From Mobula hypostoma (taxonomy: Eukaryota), in NCBI RefSeq assembly GCF_963921235.1, contig NC_086107.1:102054001-102114000 (forward strand): a stretch of 60,000 bases of DNA, written 5' to 3'. The position numbers and the translations under genes were made by a program. Positions 23,757-35,965 of the stretch are shown here, one piece after another; position 1 is the first letter of the stretch, and each line of letters begins with the position of its first letter. Below the pieces are notes generated by a model. The model saw only the letters and a program-made list of their open reading frames with translations. It was not told the origin of the DNA and ran no database searches.

Positions 23757-24350
23757 GCTGTATGTTGAGTGAGGGCGGGTGATTGTCTAAGGGCGAGAGC
23801 GTGAGCAGGAGGGTGTGCAAGAATACGAGAGGGCAGATACACGTGTGTGCCCCACGCCATCTCCCCAGTCAGGCGACGTGTGGTAAAGCTGCTCCAACAT
23901 TTCGATCAGGTGGCTGAAGGCAGCGTTGTCCCAGTCTGTAGAGCTGTGGGTGTTATGATGGGGAGAAAGTCTGCAAGATATGGGGCTGTCTGCTGAGGTT
24001 TTCTCTCTATCTTCCTGCCTTTCTCTTACCCGCTGGACATATCTGCCCACCAGGCATAGGATTCCCACCCAATGTGTTTAGAGGCTGTTCCAGCCACCAA
24101 TCACAGGGCACAGTTCTCTCTCTCTCTCTCCTTGCAGTGCCCGTCTCCTCAACCTGACTCTGTCTCTGCCTATCTTTTCCCATCCCTTGCACCTTGCCTG
24201 TATCTCGCTCTCTCTGCAGTGCTCCTATCCCACTCCGATGTCAACCACTCTGTCTAAAAACAAAGCTTGCCCCCTTTGCCGCCCAGCTGAACGTGCTTTT
24301 CCTAGCTGGTGACGTTCCCGGTAATGTCATTTGTTTTGTTCCCCATTTAG

Positions 24351-24515
24351 CTGCCCGCCACGCACAGTCCGCCGGCCCCAACTCACCACCCGACAGTCAT
24401 AGTGCCGGCTCCTCTCCCTCCGAGTGTGCTACAGGTCAACGTCGTTACCATGGCGCCCAGCTCTGTCATCAGCTCTGTGTCCACGTCAAAACAGAACCTG
24501 GACACCATTGTACAG
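24351..24515 (+). CDS. TFAP4: TFAP4-like exon 6 (LPATHSPPAPTHHPTVIVPAPLPPSVLQVNVVTMAPSSVISSVSTSKQNLDTIVQ)
   Basis: PPAPTHHPTVIVPAP and TSKQNLDTIVQ (TIV motif); acceptor ccccatttag, donor gtacag; 165 bp. Confidence 0.95.
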
Positions 24516-25442
24516 GTACAGTGGGGGTTCAACAGGGGCATGGGTCAGCGTGATAAGGTGGTGGGGAGGGTCAGTGGAGGAGGACATAATGTTACCAACA
24601 AGGAGATCAGAGGTGACGGAGTGGGGGTGAAAGTTAGAGGTTCATCCTCGTACGTGTCACTCACAGAGGTCAGGGATCGCTATTGTACAGCTCAGGTGGG
24701 GTCACTGTCAAGTGTGTGCAAAGGTTGGAGATCGCTGTCACCCAGGTCGGGGGGGGGTCACCATCATGCACAAAGGTCAGAGGTTTCTAATTGTGCAGGT
24801 TAGGGTCTGGGGCTGTTGCTCCTGCAAGGGTCACGGAGCTACACCACAGACCACTGTCACATTGCGGGGATCTTGGTGCAGAAGGTGAGCAATTCATTTC
24901 AGGACAGAAGTTAGTCAGCAAGACGCCAAGTTTGACAGCTCTCTGTGTTGGTGTCAGAGCAGGAGATAAGGTTAGGTGCAATCTGATGAGAGGCCAGGGA
25001 CTGTTTATGTGGATAATGTATTACGATTTTTTTTTAAAAAATCCAATCATCCATTATTAGATCATTAACAAATCATCATGGTCTGGCATCTAGTTCACTC
25101 TTTGGTTCAGAGTGAGCTGGTTCCAGTGTGGGGTCAGGGATGGGTGAGGGACTGGAACCAAGGTCCGGTGTGCAGGGTGTTATTCTACCATGGCCTAATG
25201 TGTGACATAAACTGTGGATCAGATCTCATAGGAATAGCATCCAGTAGTCTGGAAAATCCAGCACTACTTAAGATTCTTGGAGTCTTAATACACTTAGGTG
25301 GTCCTTTAGTTTGTCATTAACCAGCTTGTTAAAGCAGAAAATAATTGAAAATAAAAAATAACGGAACACGTATTATGAATGGGAGGAGTTAGATGAAAAT
25401 TGGTTATTATCTGGTCACTTAAACACTTCTTTTACTCTAAAG

Positions 25443-25733
25443 GCCATTCAGCATATCGAAGCCTCAGAGCAAGGTATCAAGGAGGAACCGGTGGGAGTGG
25501 AGAAGCAGACCGTACCGTTCCTGAACTTCGATGGGATGCAGGAGAGCCTTAAGGACGACAGGCAATGGCACGAGCTGGTGACGGCCTCGCCGCTGATAAT
25601 CAAGAGCTCCTTTGGTGACGTTGAGACTGAAAGCCAGGATGCTGCTCAGAGGGAAATGCTGGCGGCATTGAGAAGGCCCAAGGTGGACGTGGAGCCAATC
25701 CCCCCTGTCCTACTGCCAGGCGCTAGCGTCTAA
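25443..25733 (+). CDS. TFAP4: TFAP4-like exon 7, coding part (AIQHIEASEQGIKEEPVG...PVLLPGASV*)
   Basis: AIQHIE completes the TIV motif; acceptor tttactctaaag; TAA at 25731-25733. Confidence 0.92.
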   Translation, partial: AIQHIEASEQGIKEEPVGVEKQTVPFLNFDGMQESLKDDRQWHELVTASPLIIKSSFGDVETESQDAAQREMLAALRRPKVDVEPIPPVLLPGASV

Positions 25734-26649
25734 ACAAGACTGCAGGGCTGTATCGATGTGCACTGAGGGAGTGGAGGACTTTGGGGGTCAATCCAAAAAG
25801 TTTGAGATTAAGGGACCTTTTGAATGGCGTTTGTCCCAAACTAGTCCCCTCTTCTCCTTCCAGACCAAGAGCAATCTCGAAGGTACTGTGGTCACAGCCT
25901 TTGTATGAAATAGAGCAGGTTGATTACTGTTAACCTGTTCAGGTATGATGTAGTTTCCTATGAAACCCCTCATTGCCTAATTGTGAGTTACCATTTCAAT
26001 AGCCCAGATTTTGTAACTTTTAACACACAATACCAAAGCAATCTGAATGTACCACACACGTCAAAATCTTCAATGTAAGAGCAAGTATACCCGACAGTGA
26101 CTTGCTGCACAAAATGTTTATAAGAACAGCTTAAGAATGGTAGTAACACACACAAAATGCTGGAGGAACTCAGCAGGCCATGGAAAAGAATAAACAGTCA
26201 ACGTTTTGGTCTGAGACCCTTCAATAGGACTGGAGAAAAAAGATGAGTCAGTATAAGAGGGTGAGGGAGAATGTCAGTGTTTGTTTTGATTGCCTGTTGA
26301 TAAGACAGTACTTTTCTGTTTGTCCTCTTCTGGCAGGAAGTACCTCCCTGCAGTACATTTAGTGCCAGCTGTTCCCAGTCTGTGCAGCTGGTTGTTGCAG
26401 GGCTGGCCTTGGTCACAAAGTGAGCTGCTGTCTTTGTCCGATGTTCTAACAACTGTTACTTAATGGTATTTAGGCAGAGTAACGATTGTTAATGGTTAAA
26501 AGTGGACACTCACAGCAACTCAAAATTGAAATGCCTCCCTTGTGATTATTGTGACTTGGCAGCACAGCAGGCCTGGGTCTTACTGAAGTCTGTTTCTGGG
26601 ATTACCAGTGCCTCCACGTAATCCTCAGATGGTGTTTCTAATTCAAGAT

Positions 26650-27285
26650 CATAGCTCCTTGCAAGTGGCTACACAGGTTGATACGGTAGTTAAGAAGGCT
26701 TGCTCTTATTTGTCAAAGCAATGAGTTCAAAAGTCCCAAGAGGTTATGTTGCAACTTTATAAAAGTGGTTAGGCCACATCTGCAGAATTGCGCACACTTG
26801 TGGTTGCCTCACTAGAAGAAGGATATTGAGGCTTTGGAGAGGGTGCAGAAGAGGTTTACCAGCATGCTACCGAGTTTAGAGAGCACGTGCTATCTTGAGA
26901 AGCTGAATAAGGTTGGGTTGTTTTCTCTGGAGCGGTGGAGGCTGAGGGGAGAGCTGATAGGAGTTTATACAGTTATGAGAGGCATAGACTGGACAGAGAG
27001 TATCTGTTTCCCAGCGTAGAAATGTCTAATACCAGAGGGCACACATTAAAGTGAGAGGGGTTAGGTTCAAAGGGGATGCGAGGGGCAAGTTTTTTTTACT
27101 CGAGTGGTGGATGGCTGGAATGTGCTGTCTGGTATGGTGGTGCAGGAAAATACATTAGAGGCTGTTATGGGATGTTTAGATAGGTACATAGACATGATGA
27201 AGATGGAGGGATGGTGTAGGCAGGAGGGTGTTTTAGCTGTTTGGCACAACACTATGGGCTGGAGGGTCTGTTCCATGTTCTAATG
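26650..27285 (+). mobile_element. CR1 LINE 3' fragment downstream of the TFAP4-like stop
   Basis: LERVQKRFTSMLP..LGLFSLERWRLRGELI. Confidence 0.88.
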
Positions 27286-29794
27286 GATGAGTGGATCTGT
27301 GGATACTTACATAATCAATATTTCCAGCCCATTGACTTTCAACTAAACATGATGGTCTTAGCAAAAACCTGGTGCTTCTCCAGTGGAAATGACTATGTAC
27401 GTACCTTCAAGGATGCTCTGCGACTGGATTGAAAAGTGAGTCAGGGGGAGATTGAGCTGGTAACTAGTGAAAAAAAGATTGCAGACTGTCAACTAAGATT
27501 CAACAGACCCTGTTTTCATGTAGGCTATGTCTTTTCAAGCTAATTCTTAGGATGACTAACTGCTGTGTGGTGCAAAGGCTACATGGTGGTCACTACAGGG
27601 TGCGACATGAAGTTCTACGTGGGTGATGCCTTTTTTTACGTATACACTTTTTAAAATGTTTGAGATGACTTTAAAAGAATCTTAGGATGCTGTTTTTTTT
27701 TGGCATTGTGGAACTACAGAATGAAATTATCCTTTTATTCTGGGAAAGATGACTGAAACCTAGTCCCAACAGTGCTGCACCTTTCTGTGCACTATTAGAG
27801 TGGGTGGGGGGTTGTGGGGAGAGTTGTATAAAATCTGTTTAGGGCTCTTAAATACGTTTTTAAAGGTTGTTTATTTTCCTAAATGTTTCGCACTTCAAAC
27901 TGCAGTATAACTTTTGGACCATCTGTGCTTAAATGCTTTGTGCATAAGATTGTATGCCTTTTTTTTTATGAAATCTAATCAGCTGTAAACTAGTTTGTGT
28001 ATTTTTAAAGAGTGGTAATTTATCTTGAATAATATTACATGGAACACAATCACCTCTGATCTTTATGCGCCAGAGGGGCTCCAATGAATTGTGGAAACCA
28101 TAGAAAAACTACAGCACAGAAACAGGCCTTTTGGCCCTTCTTGGCTGTGCCGAACCATTTTCTGCCTAGTCCCACTGACCTGCACACGGACCATATCCCT
28201 GTACTGACCAGAAAACTTTTTGCTGATCTTCAAAGCAGCAAAGGAGCTCTTCAGGAGGTCTGTAGGAGAAAAGGCCACAGCTGGAAGTTTTCTACTCCAA
28301 CAAATGCACAGTACCTGCTAGATGGGCCAAAGGGCATATTTCCATGCTGTAATATTCTCTAACTCTCTGCCTATGGGCACACTTAGGGTGCTGTTGGGCT
28401 GGGGTGTGTTACCACCCTAGAGTTACCCTTAGAAAACAGTCCCAGTTCACCTGGAATATGACCACTGTTTCATATCAGCCTGCGACTTCCAGGTGGGCAA
28501 AGTTCAGTGTCTTGTGAAAATGTCAAACTGAATACTACAGTAGAATTCACCTGTTGGTTTCCTTTGGCCAGTTACTTGTGGATTTGGTGCTCATTGTCAA
28601 GCAGCCAGATGAGTCACTTAAGGCAGGGATCAGTAAACAACAACTTGTCATTATTTTCACACCCTGCCTTTTTTTTGCTGGTGAGGGAGTCTTGTGCTTT
28701 GTCTCAACATCACATTCAGCTGCAGTGGATATTAGCTGTGGCCAGCTTGTACAGTTGGATACTAAGGCTGAAAATGAGAACTTAGAAAGGGTTAGTAAAG
28801 GCTATTTAGAACCTCCCAGGTCTAACTCACAAATCATTTTGATGAGGCCCAATAGTTTGACTTCTCTGTATAGGTTGGTCTGGTAATTTTATTATGTTTT
28901 TTGCATTTTAAAGAAACTTTACATTTGAAATTAGCGAAGAGCCTGGAACTGTTTGGCCACCAAGAGGCTGAGTGGGCATGATGGACTAACCTGTTGCCGT
29001 AACTTCATTCCCTCCTGAACCAGCTGGCAACAGAGACCAGCCGTGATCAAGAACAAGCTATATTCTGGGGATTTGAAATGAAGACAGAAAAGATTGGAAA
29101 CATTCACTAGCATCTGCGAAGAGAGACAGAGTTAATGTTTCAACTCTTCTAGCCTCATGAGTATTTTCCGCATTTCCTGACTGGAAAGTTTCAGCCAGTT
29201 GGTCTGATTGACCTACAGTAGCATGGTGGTTAGCACAATTGTTTTACAGCACTAGTGATTGCCAATTGGGGTTCAATTCCTACCACTGGCCGTAAAGTTT
29301 GTACTTTCTCCCCACGACCAGGTAGTTTCAAAGACATACGGTTAGGGTAAGGTAGTTGTGGGCAAGCTATGTTAGTATCAGAAGCATGGTGACTCTTGCA
29401 GGCGCCCCCAGAACAATCCTTGCTGATTTATTTTCCTGCAATCTGCCAATATTCCCCTAAACTAATATCAGTCCAGTCAACCACTAGTTTGTTAACGATA
29501 CCAGTCAACCACTTCCTCCAGCAACTCATCACCCTTGGTGTGAAAAGGTTGCCCATTTTAAATCATTTCCCTCTCACCCAGATCGGTGTCTCATAATTTG
29601 CATTCTCTCTCTCTCTCTTCCTATCTACTTACTGTCTGACCTGCTGGGCATTTCCAGCATTTGGTTTTCATTTTAGGCCCATGAAAGAGAGTAGATACCG
29701 GTGGTTGCAGACAGCAATTGGGACAGAAGATATAACTAATGTTGCTTAAGGTTGTTATAGCCGGGGGGGGGGGGGGAAGAGAGAGAGAGCGGTG

Positions 29795-30275
29795 TGGTAA
29801 TGGGGACATGCTCCTGATGGTGTGCACCTCTGACAACCGAGTTCCTGGCCTTCCTTCACATGTGGCTTAGCTACAAAGCCTGGCAGAACTGCTCCTACTG
29901 ACAGAAGGGACAAAGGCAGGTTACTGGAGCCTTAAAACCAGTTGCTTTGGGCAGATGCGACTTGTCAGTCATGGTTGGTAGCTATACCCACTCTTGGGGA
30001 TGGCTTCAAGAGTAACCCCCCCCCCCCACCAGTGAAAAATCCAGAGCTGGAGTCCCTAAAGCAGTCCGACATTGAGTTTAACACTGACTGGTAACTCCTT
30101 GAGGCTGCTGGTGCCAGACTGAGTGTCTCTGCCATTCCTTTGGGTTCATCAGATGTGTGGAGACGGGGAGCTTGCTACATGAGCAACAGTTTGCTCTCCA
30201 TATTGTACCGCCCTGGTTTGGGTATCTAGACTGTTGGGATGCAATATCCATGGTTGATCTTAGCCACTGAAGGCC
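29795..30275. mobile_element. Interspersed repeat, family uncertain (possibly RTE 5' UTR-derived); other copies 18617-19458 and 21020-22510
   Basis: Three copies share GAAAAATCCAGAGCTGGAGTCCCT..CCTTTGGGTTCATCAGATG..TTGCTCTCCATATTGTAC. Confidence 0.7.
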
Positions 30276-30331
30276 TCTCCCTCTCTCTATAGACACACCA
30301 CACACTATATATAACAAGAGCAAGGGGAACA

Positions 30332-30337
30332 TTTATT
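30332..30337 (-). terminator. Candidate ST13 polyadenylation signal (AATAAA)
   Basis: AATAAA on - followed about 25-45 nt downstream by GU-rich GTGTGTGGTGTGTC; other AATAAA at 30469-30474 and 31719-31724. Confidence 0.5.
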
Positions 30338-31997
30338 GCTGTACATTTTCCACCAGATCAGTGCTGAAAAGTACAGTACAGGACACACACATGACCTTTT
30401 ATCAGATAGTAAAGCACCACAATTTTTCTTTCAAAAAGCAATGTAATTATTGCAGTTTGGATTCTGTGTTTATTAAAGAAAGGGGTGCTCTAGGGAATGG
30501 GAAGAGAACCAGCTTGCTGCTTTCTCACTCACATGGGGAAGAAATCATGGATGAAGGCACTCCCTTCAAATGAGATAATAGTAGTTGCCACTTCATTATG
30601 TTTCACAAACCTAACCTCAGCTTGACAGGTGTAACTGATAAGGAGAGGGTGAAGGAGTGGACAGTGCTTCCCCCCTCCCCCATCAATCAGCCATGACACA
30701 CCACTTTAGTCGCAAGAGGTTAAAACTTTTACATGGACACCAGAAACTACTGTTCGTGTTGTTAAACTCCTTCAGTAGCACAATGCATTCAATATCATTC
30801 ACATTTTTTTGAAGTAAGGTGAAAAATCAGGTTAGGATACTTAATTCCCTTTATCAATCTTACATTGTTTTTCCTCTTGCCTCACCGAGAGCCTGATTTC
30901 TCTTATGTTACACTGTCCACCTGATCTACCTTCTGACCACGTTTCCCACACCCCCAATCGATAAGAGTTAATATAGTGCCTTTTACCTGTAGATTTATGA
31001 AGCATTGTACAAGAAACCAGTCTGTCTAATTAACATTGGGTTTGATGTTAATTGAAAATGATTTGCAATGTATTGGAATCACTTGAATTTAATCATCTGA
31101 AAGAGGCCAAGGAACATGTATAGTGTCAGAGTAATCATTTTTTGCATACATATTTACATCCACTCAGATATTCACAGATTGTTTTCAAGTAGGACCCATC
31201 TTTCTTGGAGAAAAATAAACAGTTGCCACACTGATAACCTCCCATTACTTCCCAGAAGTGACAGCGCTTTGAAATGGCCACTGATGTTTTACAAGAGTCC
31301 CCACAGACCTCCGGTTCACCTCCCAAGCTGCTACGCACTTTATCTAATAGGATATATACCATTACTGTACAAGCCCTAATAAGCTATTTAGTTCAAGGGT
31401 ACACTTTCCAGCCCAACATGCATATTTATACTGGGTTAGCTGTTGCAGCAGACTGGGTAACAAACTTTTATCAAAGGTACTGAAGCACAAACTTGCTGTA
31501 GCATTACAGGGCACCTAAAGTTTTAAATGTAAAATATGATGCAAAAAAAATGCCTGTTGTCCTGGCTCTTAAGCCACATCAGAATAAGGTAGCTTACATA
31601 ATACCAATATTGGTTAGAACCATGAGGCCCAGAACTGGTTTAACTCATTCTCTGAGAAAGTTATTTTTCAAACCAGTCAACAAGTTTGCATCAAATTTTC
31701 TGTTCTGCAATTTTAATGTTTATTTTTTTTTAGCAATAATTGGTATGCTAAAAAAGTAACACATTAAATGCCCATTTACAGATTTGGGCCACTGAAGACA
31801 ATAGGTAGTATGAGATTTTCTGTGTAAGAGCATTTTCCTCATATACTTTTTTAATTTTCAAAAAAAAAATCAATCTGTAAGAAAAAGACTAAAAAATATA
31901 GCGGGCTACTCTGAAGGAGGTTTATAGATACACAAGTAGTGCAAGGTGGTGGGGTGCAAGGGCTGAAATTAGGATGTTACATAGAACACCCTGCCCC

Positions 31998-32126
31998 TCA
32001 AGGTTTGGCACCAAACTTAGTTGAAAGCTTTCCCACGAGGTTCATCACTTTAGGGTTGTTCTGGTATTTTGAGATGTTGGCTGGGTTCTGGGCCACATCT
32101 TGGAATGCCGCCATGATCTCAGGATC
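31998..32126 (-). CDS. ST13: ST13 exon 12, STI1/DP domain ([42 protein letters not shown])
   Basis: [22 protein letters not shown]; stop TGA at 32000-31998. Confidence 0.97.
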   Translation of the reverse strand, partial: DPEIMAAFQDVAQNPANISKYQNNPKVMNLVGKLSTKFGAKP

Positions 32127-33416
32127 CTGCGGAGAGAAGCAATTGATAATGCATGATAAATACCAACACGTGCACCAGGTTTAATTTGTCAACTTTTAAG
32201 GTTCCCTGAAGTTGAATACAGAATGCAACATTGAGTTTTATATTGGGTAAGATCTGAGCTTTGCTTTCTTGCCCGTGGCAAGTTGACAGATCTCACACAA
32301 GTTGATAAAATGCCACAACTGGTCAGGATGCGCCTATGGGGAGAGAAGCATCACTAATGTTTCAGGTCAAAGACCCCTCACCACAACTAACAGTGTTTGA
32401 CCTGAAATGTTAGCACCATTTTGCTTCTCCAGATGAAACCTGACCTGCTGAGTGTTTCCAGCATTTTCTGAATTTAGTTCAGATTTCCAAGTTTTTTTTG
32501 TTGCTTTTCCGGCAAAGTGAAGTGCCGGGGAGATCAGTGGTGGGCACAAATTCTAATCATTCTTGGCTAGGAGCGTAGAAGGATCACTGGATAGAGGGTC
32601 AGCACCAACATTATTGAGCAATAGTCCAATTCTCACCTGTCCCCGACATTACATCCCAAATCCATCAGTGGAACTGTGTGTGGAGCACAAGTCACCACCT
32701 TTGGGAGCAGGATGGGTAAAAGGCGGAGGAAAACTGACCCTCCTTTCACAATCAAGAGCAGCTCCTTGGCTTACAAATAAGCACAGGAGAAGATGCAAAG
32801 CATCCAAACGAGCTATACTTCTTCATTCAGGCAGGGTTTTAAGTGGGAGGGAGCAAAAAAAAAGGGAACAAGTACCCTCATAAGGTGAGTAGAGACAAAC
32901 ATAAAAACCATTTTGTTGTGCTACACATCAATCAGAAGTAGACTGAGCCGGACATTTACGTCACACAACTGTGGAAACAAACTTCAGTTTCACTGTTGTG
33001 GATCTGTTTGTCACGAGTAGTAAACTGGCCATTCCTAAATGCCAGAAGACAGTCATGAGCTGCTGCCTTGAATCACAGCAGCCATTCTAGTTGAGGTAGT
33101 GAAGCTGGAATGGGAGTTCCAGAATTTAAACCCAGCATTAATGATGCATTTCCGAGTCAGGAAAGGGACAGTGTCCCTTTATACATGAAACCTATGGCTA
33201 GATAATGGATTTGGTTGTTACCCCTTTCAGATCAACAATTTGAAGCTTATAGGAAATGAATTCTTTGATTGAAATATGGCTGTATCATTACACAACAGGA
33301 TTCAAATCTACACTCTCCATACCCAAAATCACAATCACGACCCTTGGTTAAAAAGAATAAACAACTTCTGTAGCTGTAAAAACTGCCTAAGGCATTGTTT
33401 GGTTTGCTTTCATTAC

Positions 33417-33541
33417 CTGCATAGCTGCAAGCACCTCTGGATCAGAAAGTAGTTCATTCAGACCAGGCATTCCTGCCATTCCAGGCATTCCCCCCATTCC
33501 AGGCATTCCCCCCATTCCAGGCATTCCCCCTGGAAAACCAC
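33417..33541 (-). CDS. ST13: ST13 exon 11, GGMP repeats ([42 protein letters not shown])
   Basis: GGMP repeats and [15 protein letters not shown]; 125 bp. Confidence 0.97.
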
Positions 33542-34539
33542 CTGAAAGCAACAGAAGGGAACAAAATTGAGGTTGAAGCAGTATTTCAGGATACTGACTT
33601 CAATGGTCCTGTATGGATACACCTTCAATGATTGATAGAAAATCAGTTGTAACAGATGAAGCTACAAGGACCAGTGGATCACCCAAATCTTCTACATTTG
33701 GAATGACAGATTAATCAAACACTCTGGATGGTTTGGTTAGCAAGAAATTTTGTCTGACCAATTTTTCCTGAGAGGTTACAACACATATTGATGAGGGAAA
33801 TACATTTAATGTAGCCTACAAGGGCTTCCTAGATGGGAAACCAGTCAAGAAGCTTGGAGGCCATGAGATCCCATGCTGGTTATGGTTGGCAGCAGGCAAT
33901 GGGAGAGGTTCTTTTTGTAATTGGAAACCCATGACCGAAGATACACCACAGGGCTCAGTGCTGGGACCCTCAACATTTGTAATGTACATTAATGGTTTGG
34001 ATGTTTAAAAAATGTTATTTATTGACATACAGCACTGAATAGATCCCTTTCGGCCCTTCGAGCCACACAGCCCAGCAATCCCCAACTTAACCCTCGCCCA
34101 AACACGAGACAATTTACAATGACCAATTAACCTACCAGCCGGTATGTCTTTGGACTGTGGAGGAAACCCACACATGGAGGAAATCCACACATGGAGAAGT
34201 CCTCACAGACAGCGGCAGGAATTGAACCGGGGTGGGGGGGGTCACTGGAACTGTAAAGCGCTGTGCTAACTACTGTGCTGCCCTAATCTATGGCATAGAT
34301 AGCAGAGGCAAAAGCAGCACAATGGGGCATGGGAGAAGAAGAAAAGGTTTCACATCATTGGGTGAGAACAGAGTCAGACTTTAGTTAAAATTCTGGAATT
34401 GCAGGTCCCACATTTTCAAATGGTATAGAAACAGGGAATTTCAGCCTATCTAGTCTACCAATTTATAGAAAAATCCCACGTCCTCCACTAACTTTTCTCC
34501 CACAACCCTTTTACCCACTATCTACATTCCTAGTGAGGT

Positions 34540-35272
34540 AGATCAGCTAGCTGAGCGGTTTCACAATATCTTTGCATTCAGCGTCAGCAAGACCAAGAAA
34601 TGTATTGTGAACTTCAGGAAGTTGGGAGAACACACACTAGTCCTCATTGAGGGGCCAACAGTGGAAAGGGTGAGGAGCTTCAAGCTGCTGGGCACAAAGA
34701 TCTTAGAGGACCTATCCTGGTCCCAACATAGCGATGCATTCACAAAGAAGGCATGCCAGTGACTACACCTTATTAGGAATTTGAGGAGATTTGGTACGTC
34801 ACCAAAGACTCTTGCAAGTTTCTGCATGTGTATGGTGGACTGCAATGAGGGGAGGGAAGCTCCATTAAGGACTGAAAGAGGCTGCAGAGGGTTGTATGCT
34901 TAACCAGCTCCATCACAGGCACAACCCTCCTCCCTCACCCCCCCCAATCGAGGACATGTTCAAAAAAAAAATGCCCCAAGATGGCGGCATCCAGCATTTA
35001 AGGACTTTCACCTTCCAAGACGTGTCCTCTGCTCAATATGACCTTCAGGGAGGTGGGTACTAGAGCCTGAAGACCCACACTCATCATTTTAGAAATAACT
35101 TCTTCCCCTCCGTCATCAGATTTCTAAATGATCCATGAACCCTTGAATACTACATAGCTATTCCTTTTGTGCACTTTTTTTGTAACTGACAGTAATTTTT
35201 ATATTTTAAAATGTACTGCTGCTGCAAAACAAGTTTCAAGACACATGTCAATGATAACAAACCTGATTCTGA
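34540..35272 (+). mobile_element. Rex1/Babar-type LINE, degraded
   Basis: VSKTKKCIVNFR..VERVRSFKLLG..EDLSWS peptides; tail ACCTGATTCTGAT. Confidence 0.82.
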
Positions 35273-35833
35273 TCAATTTAAATAGCTCATTAACCAACCC
35301 ATTCATCTTTAGAGAACTAAAATTTTTTTTAAAAATTAAGAAGTTGGAGTAGAGAAACTCCACATAGGCACAGGACAGGGAAAGTGTGCAGACAGGTAGC
35401 AGAAGCCAGGACTGAACCCATGTTGTCCTGAGGGAGCAATTCTATTAGCACCACTGCACCATGTAGTAGCAAGCTAACGTTCACAGTCCAGAACAATGAA
35501 AGGTGTCTGTGAAACAACTGCCCCAGCAACCAAATGCATCTTCAGGTGAAAGAAAAAAGGATGAAAATTAACTTGAAAATCCTACATTACCATGGCTTCC
35601 ATTTTTGTAGAGTAAAGAAATGTAACCGGGGGATGGTCCCATTTTGTGATCAGCCATCAACAGCTTTGAATCAGGCAAGTCTGGTCTTACATGGACACAA
35701 GCTCACAAGGGCAGTACCAATTTTTATGTTAAAGGTTACCATTTAAAGCAGATGAATGAGCCCCAAGCTTATTTAACAACTGATCTAATCATAATCTCAA
35801 CTCCATATATACGTCTACCACAGTAAACTTCCA

Positions 35834-35964
35834 AACAACAGGAATTCTGCAGATGCTGGAAATTCAAGCAACACACATCAAAGTTGCTGGTGAACGCAGC
35901 AGGCCAGGCAGCATCTGTAGGAAGAGGTGCAGTCGACGTTTCAGGCCGAGACCCTTCGTCAGGA
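35834..35964 (-). mobile_element. Short Penelope-derived element carrying a hammerhead motif
   Basis: 13-bp flanking direct repeat CAGTAAACTTCCA (35821-35833, 35965-35977); near-identical to 8630-8703. Confidence 0.75.
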
Positions 35965-35965
35965 C
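35931..35965 (-). ncRNA. Minimal type I hammerhead ribozyme motif
   Basis: - strand reads GUC-CUGACGA-A-GGG-UCUCGG-CCU-GAAA-CG-UC-GACU: complete core, stem II, short stem I, palindromic ACGU stem III. Confidence 0.7.

Noticed and set aside
33465..33530. 18-bp tandem repeat as a non-coding minisatellite
   Set aside because: It encodes the normal GGMPGM repeats of ST13 exon 11
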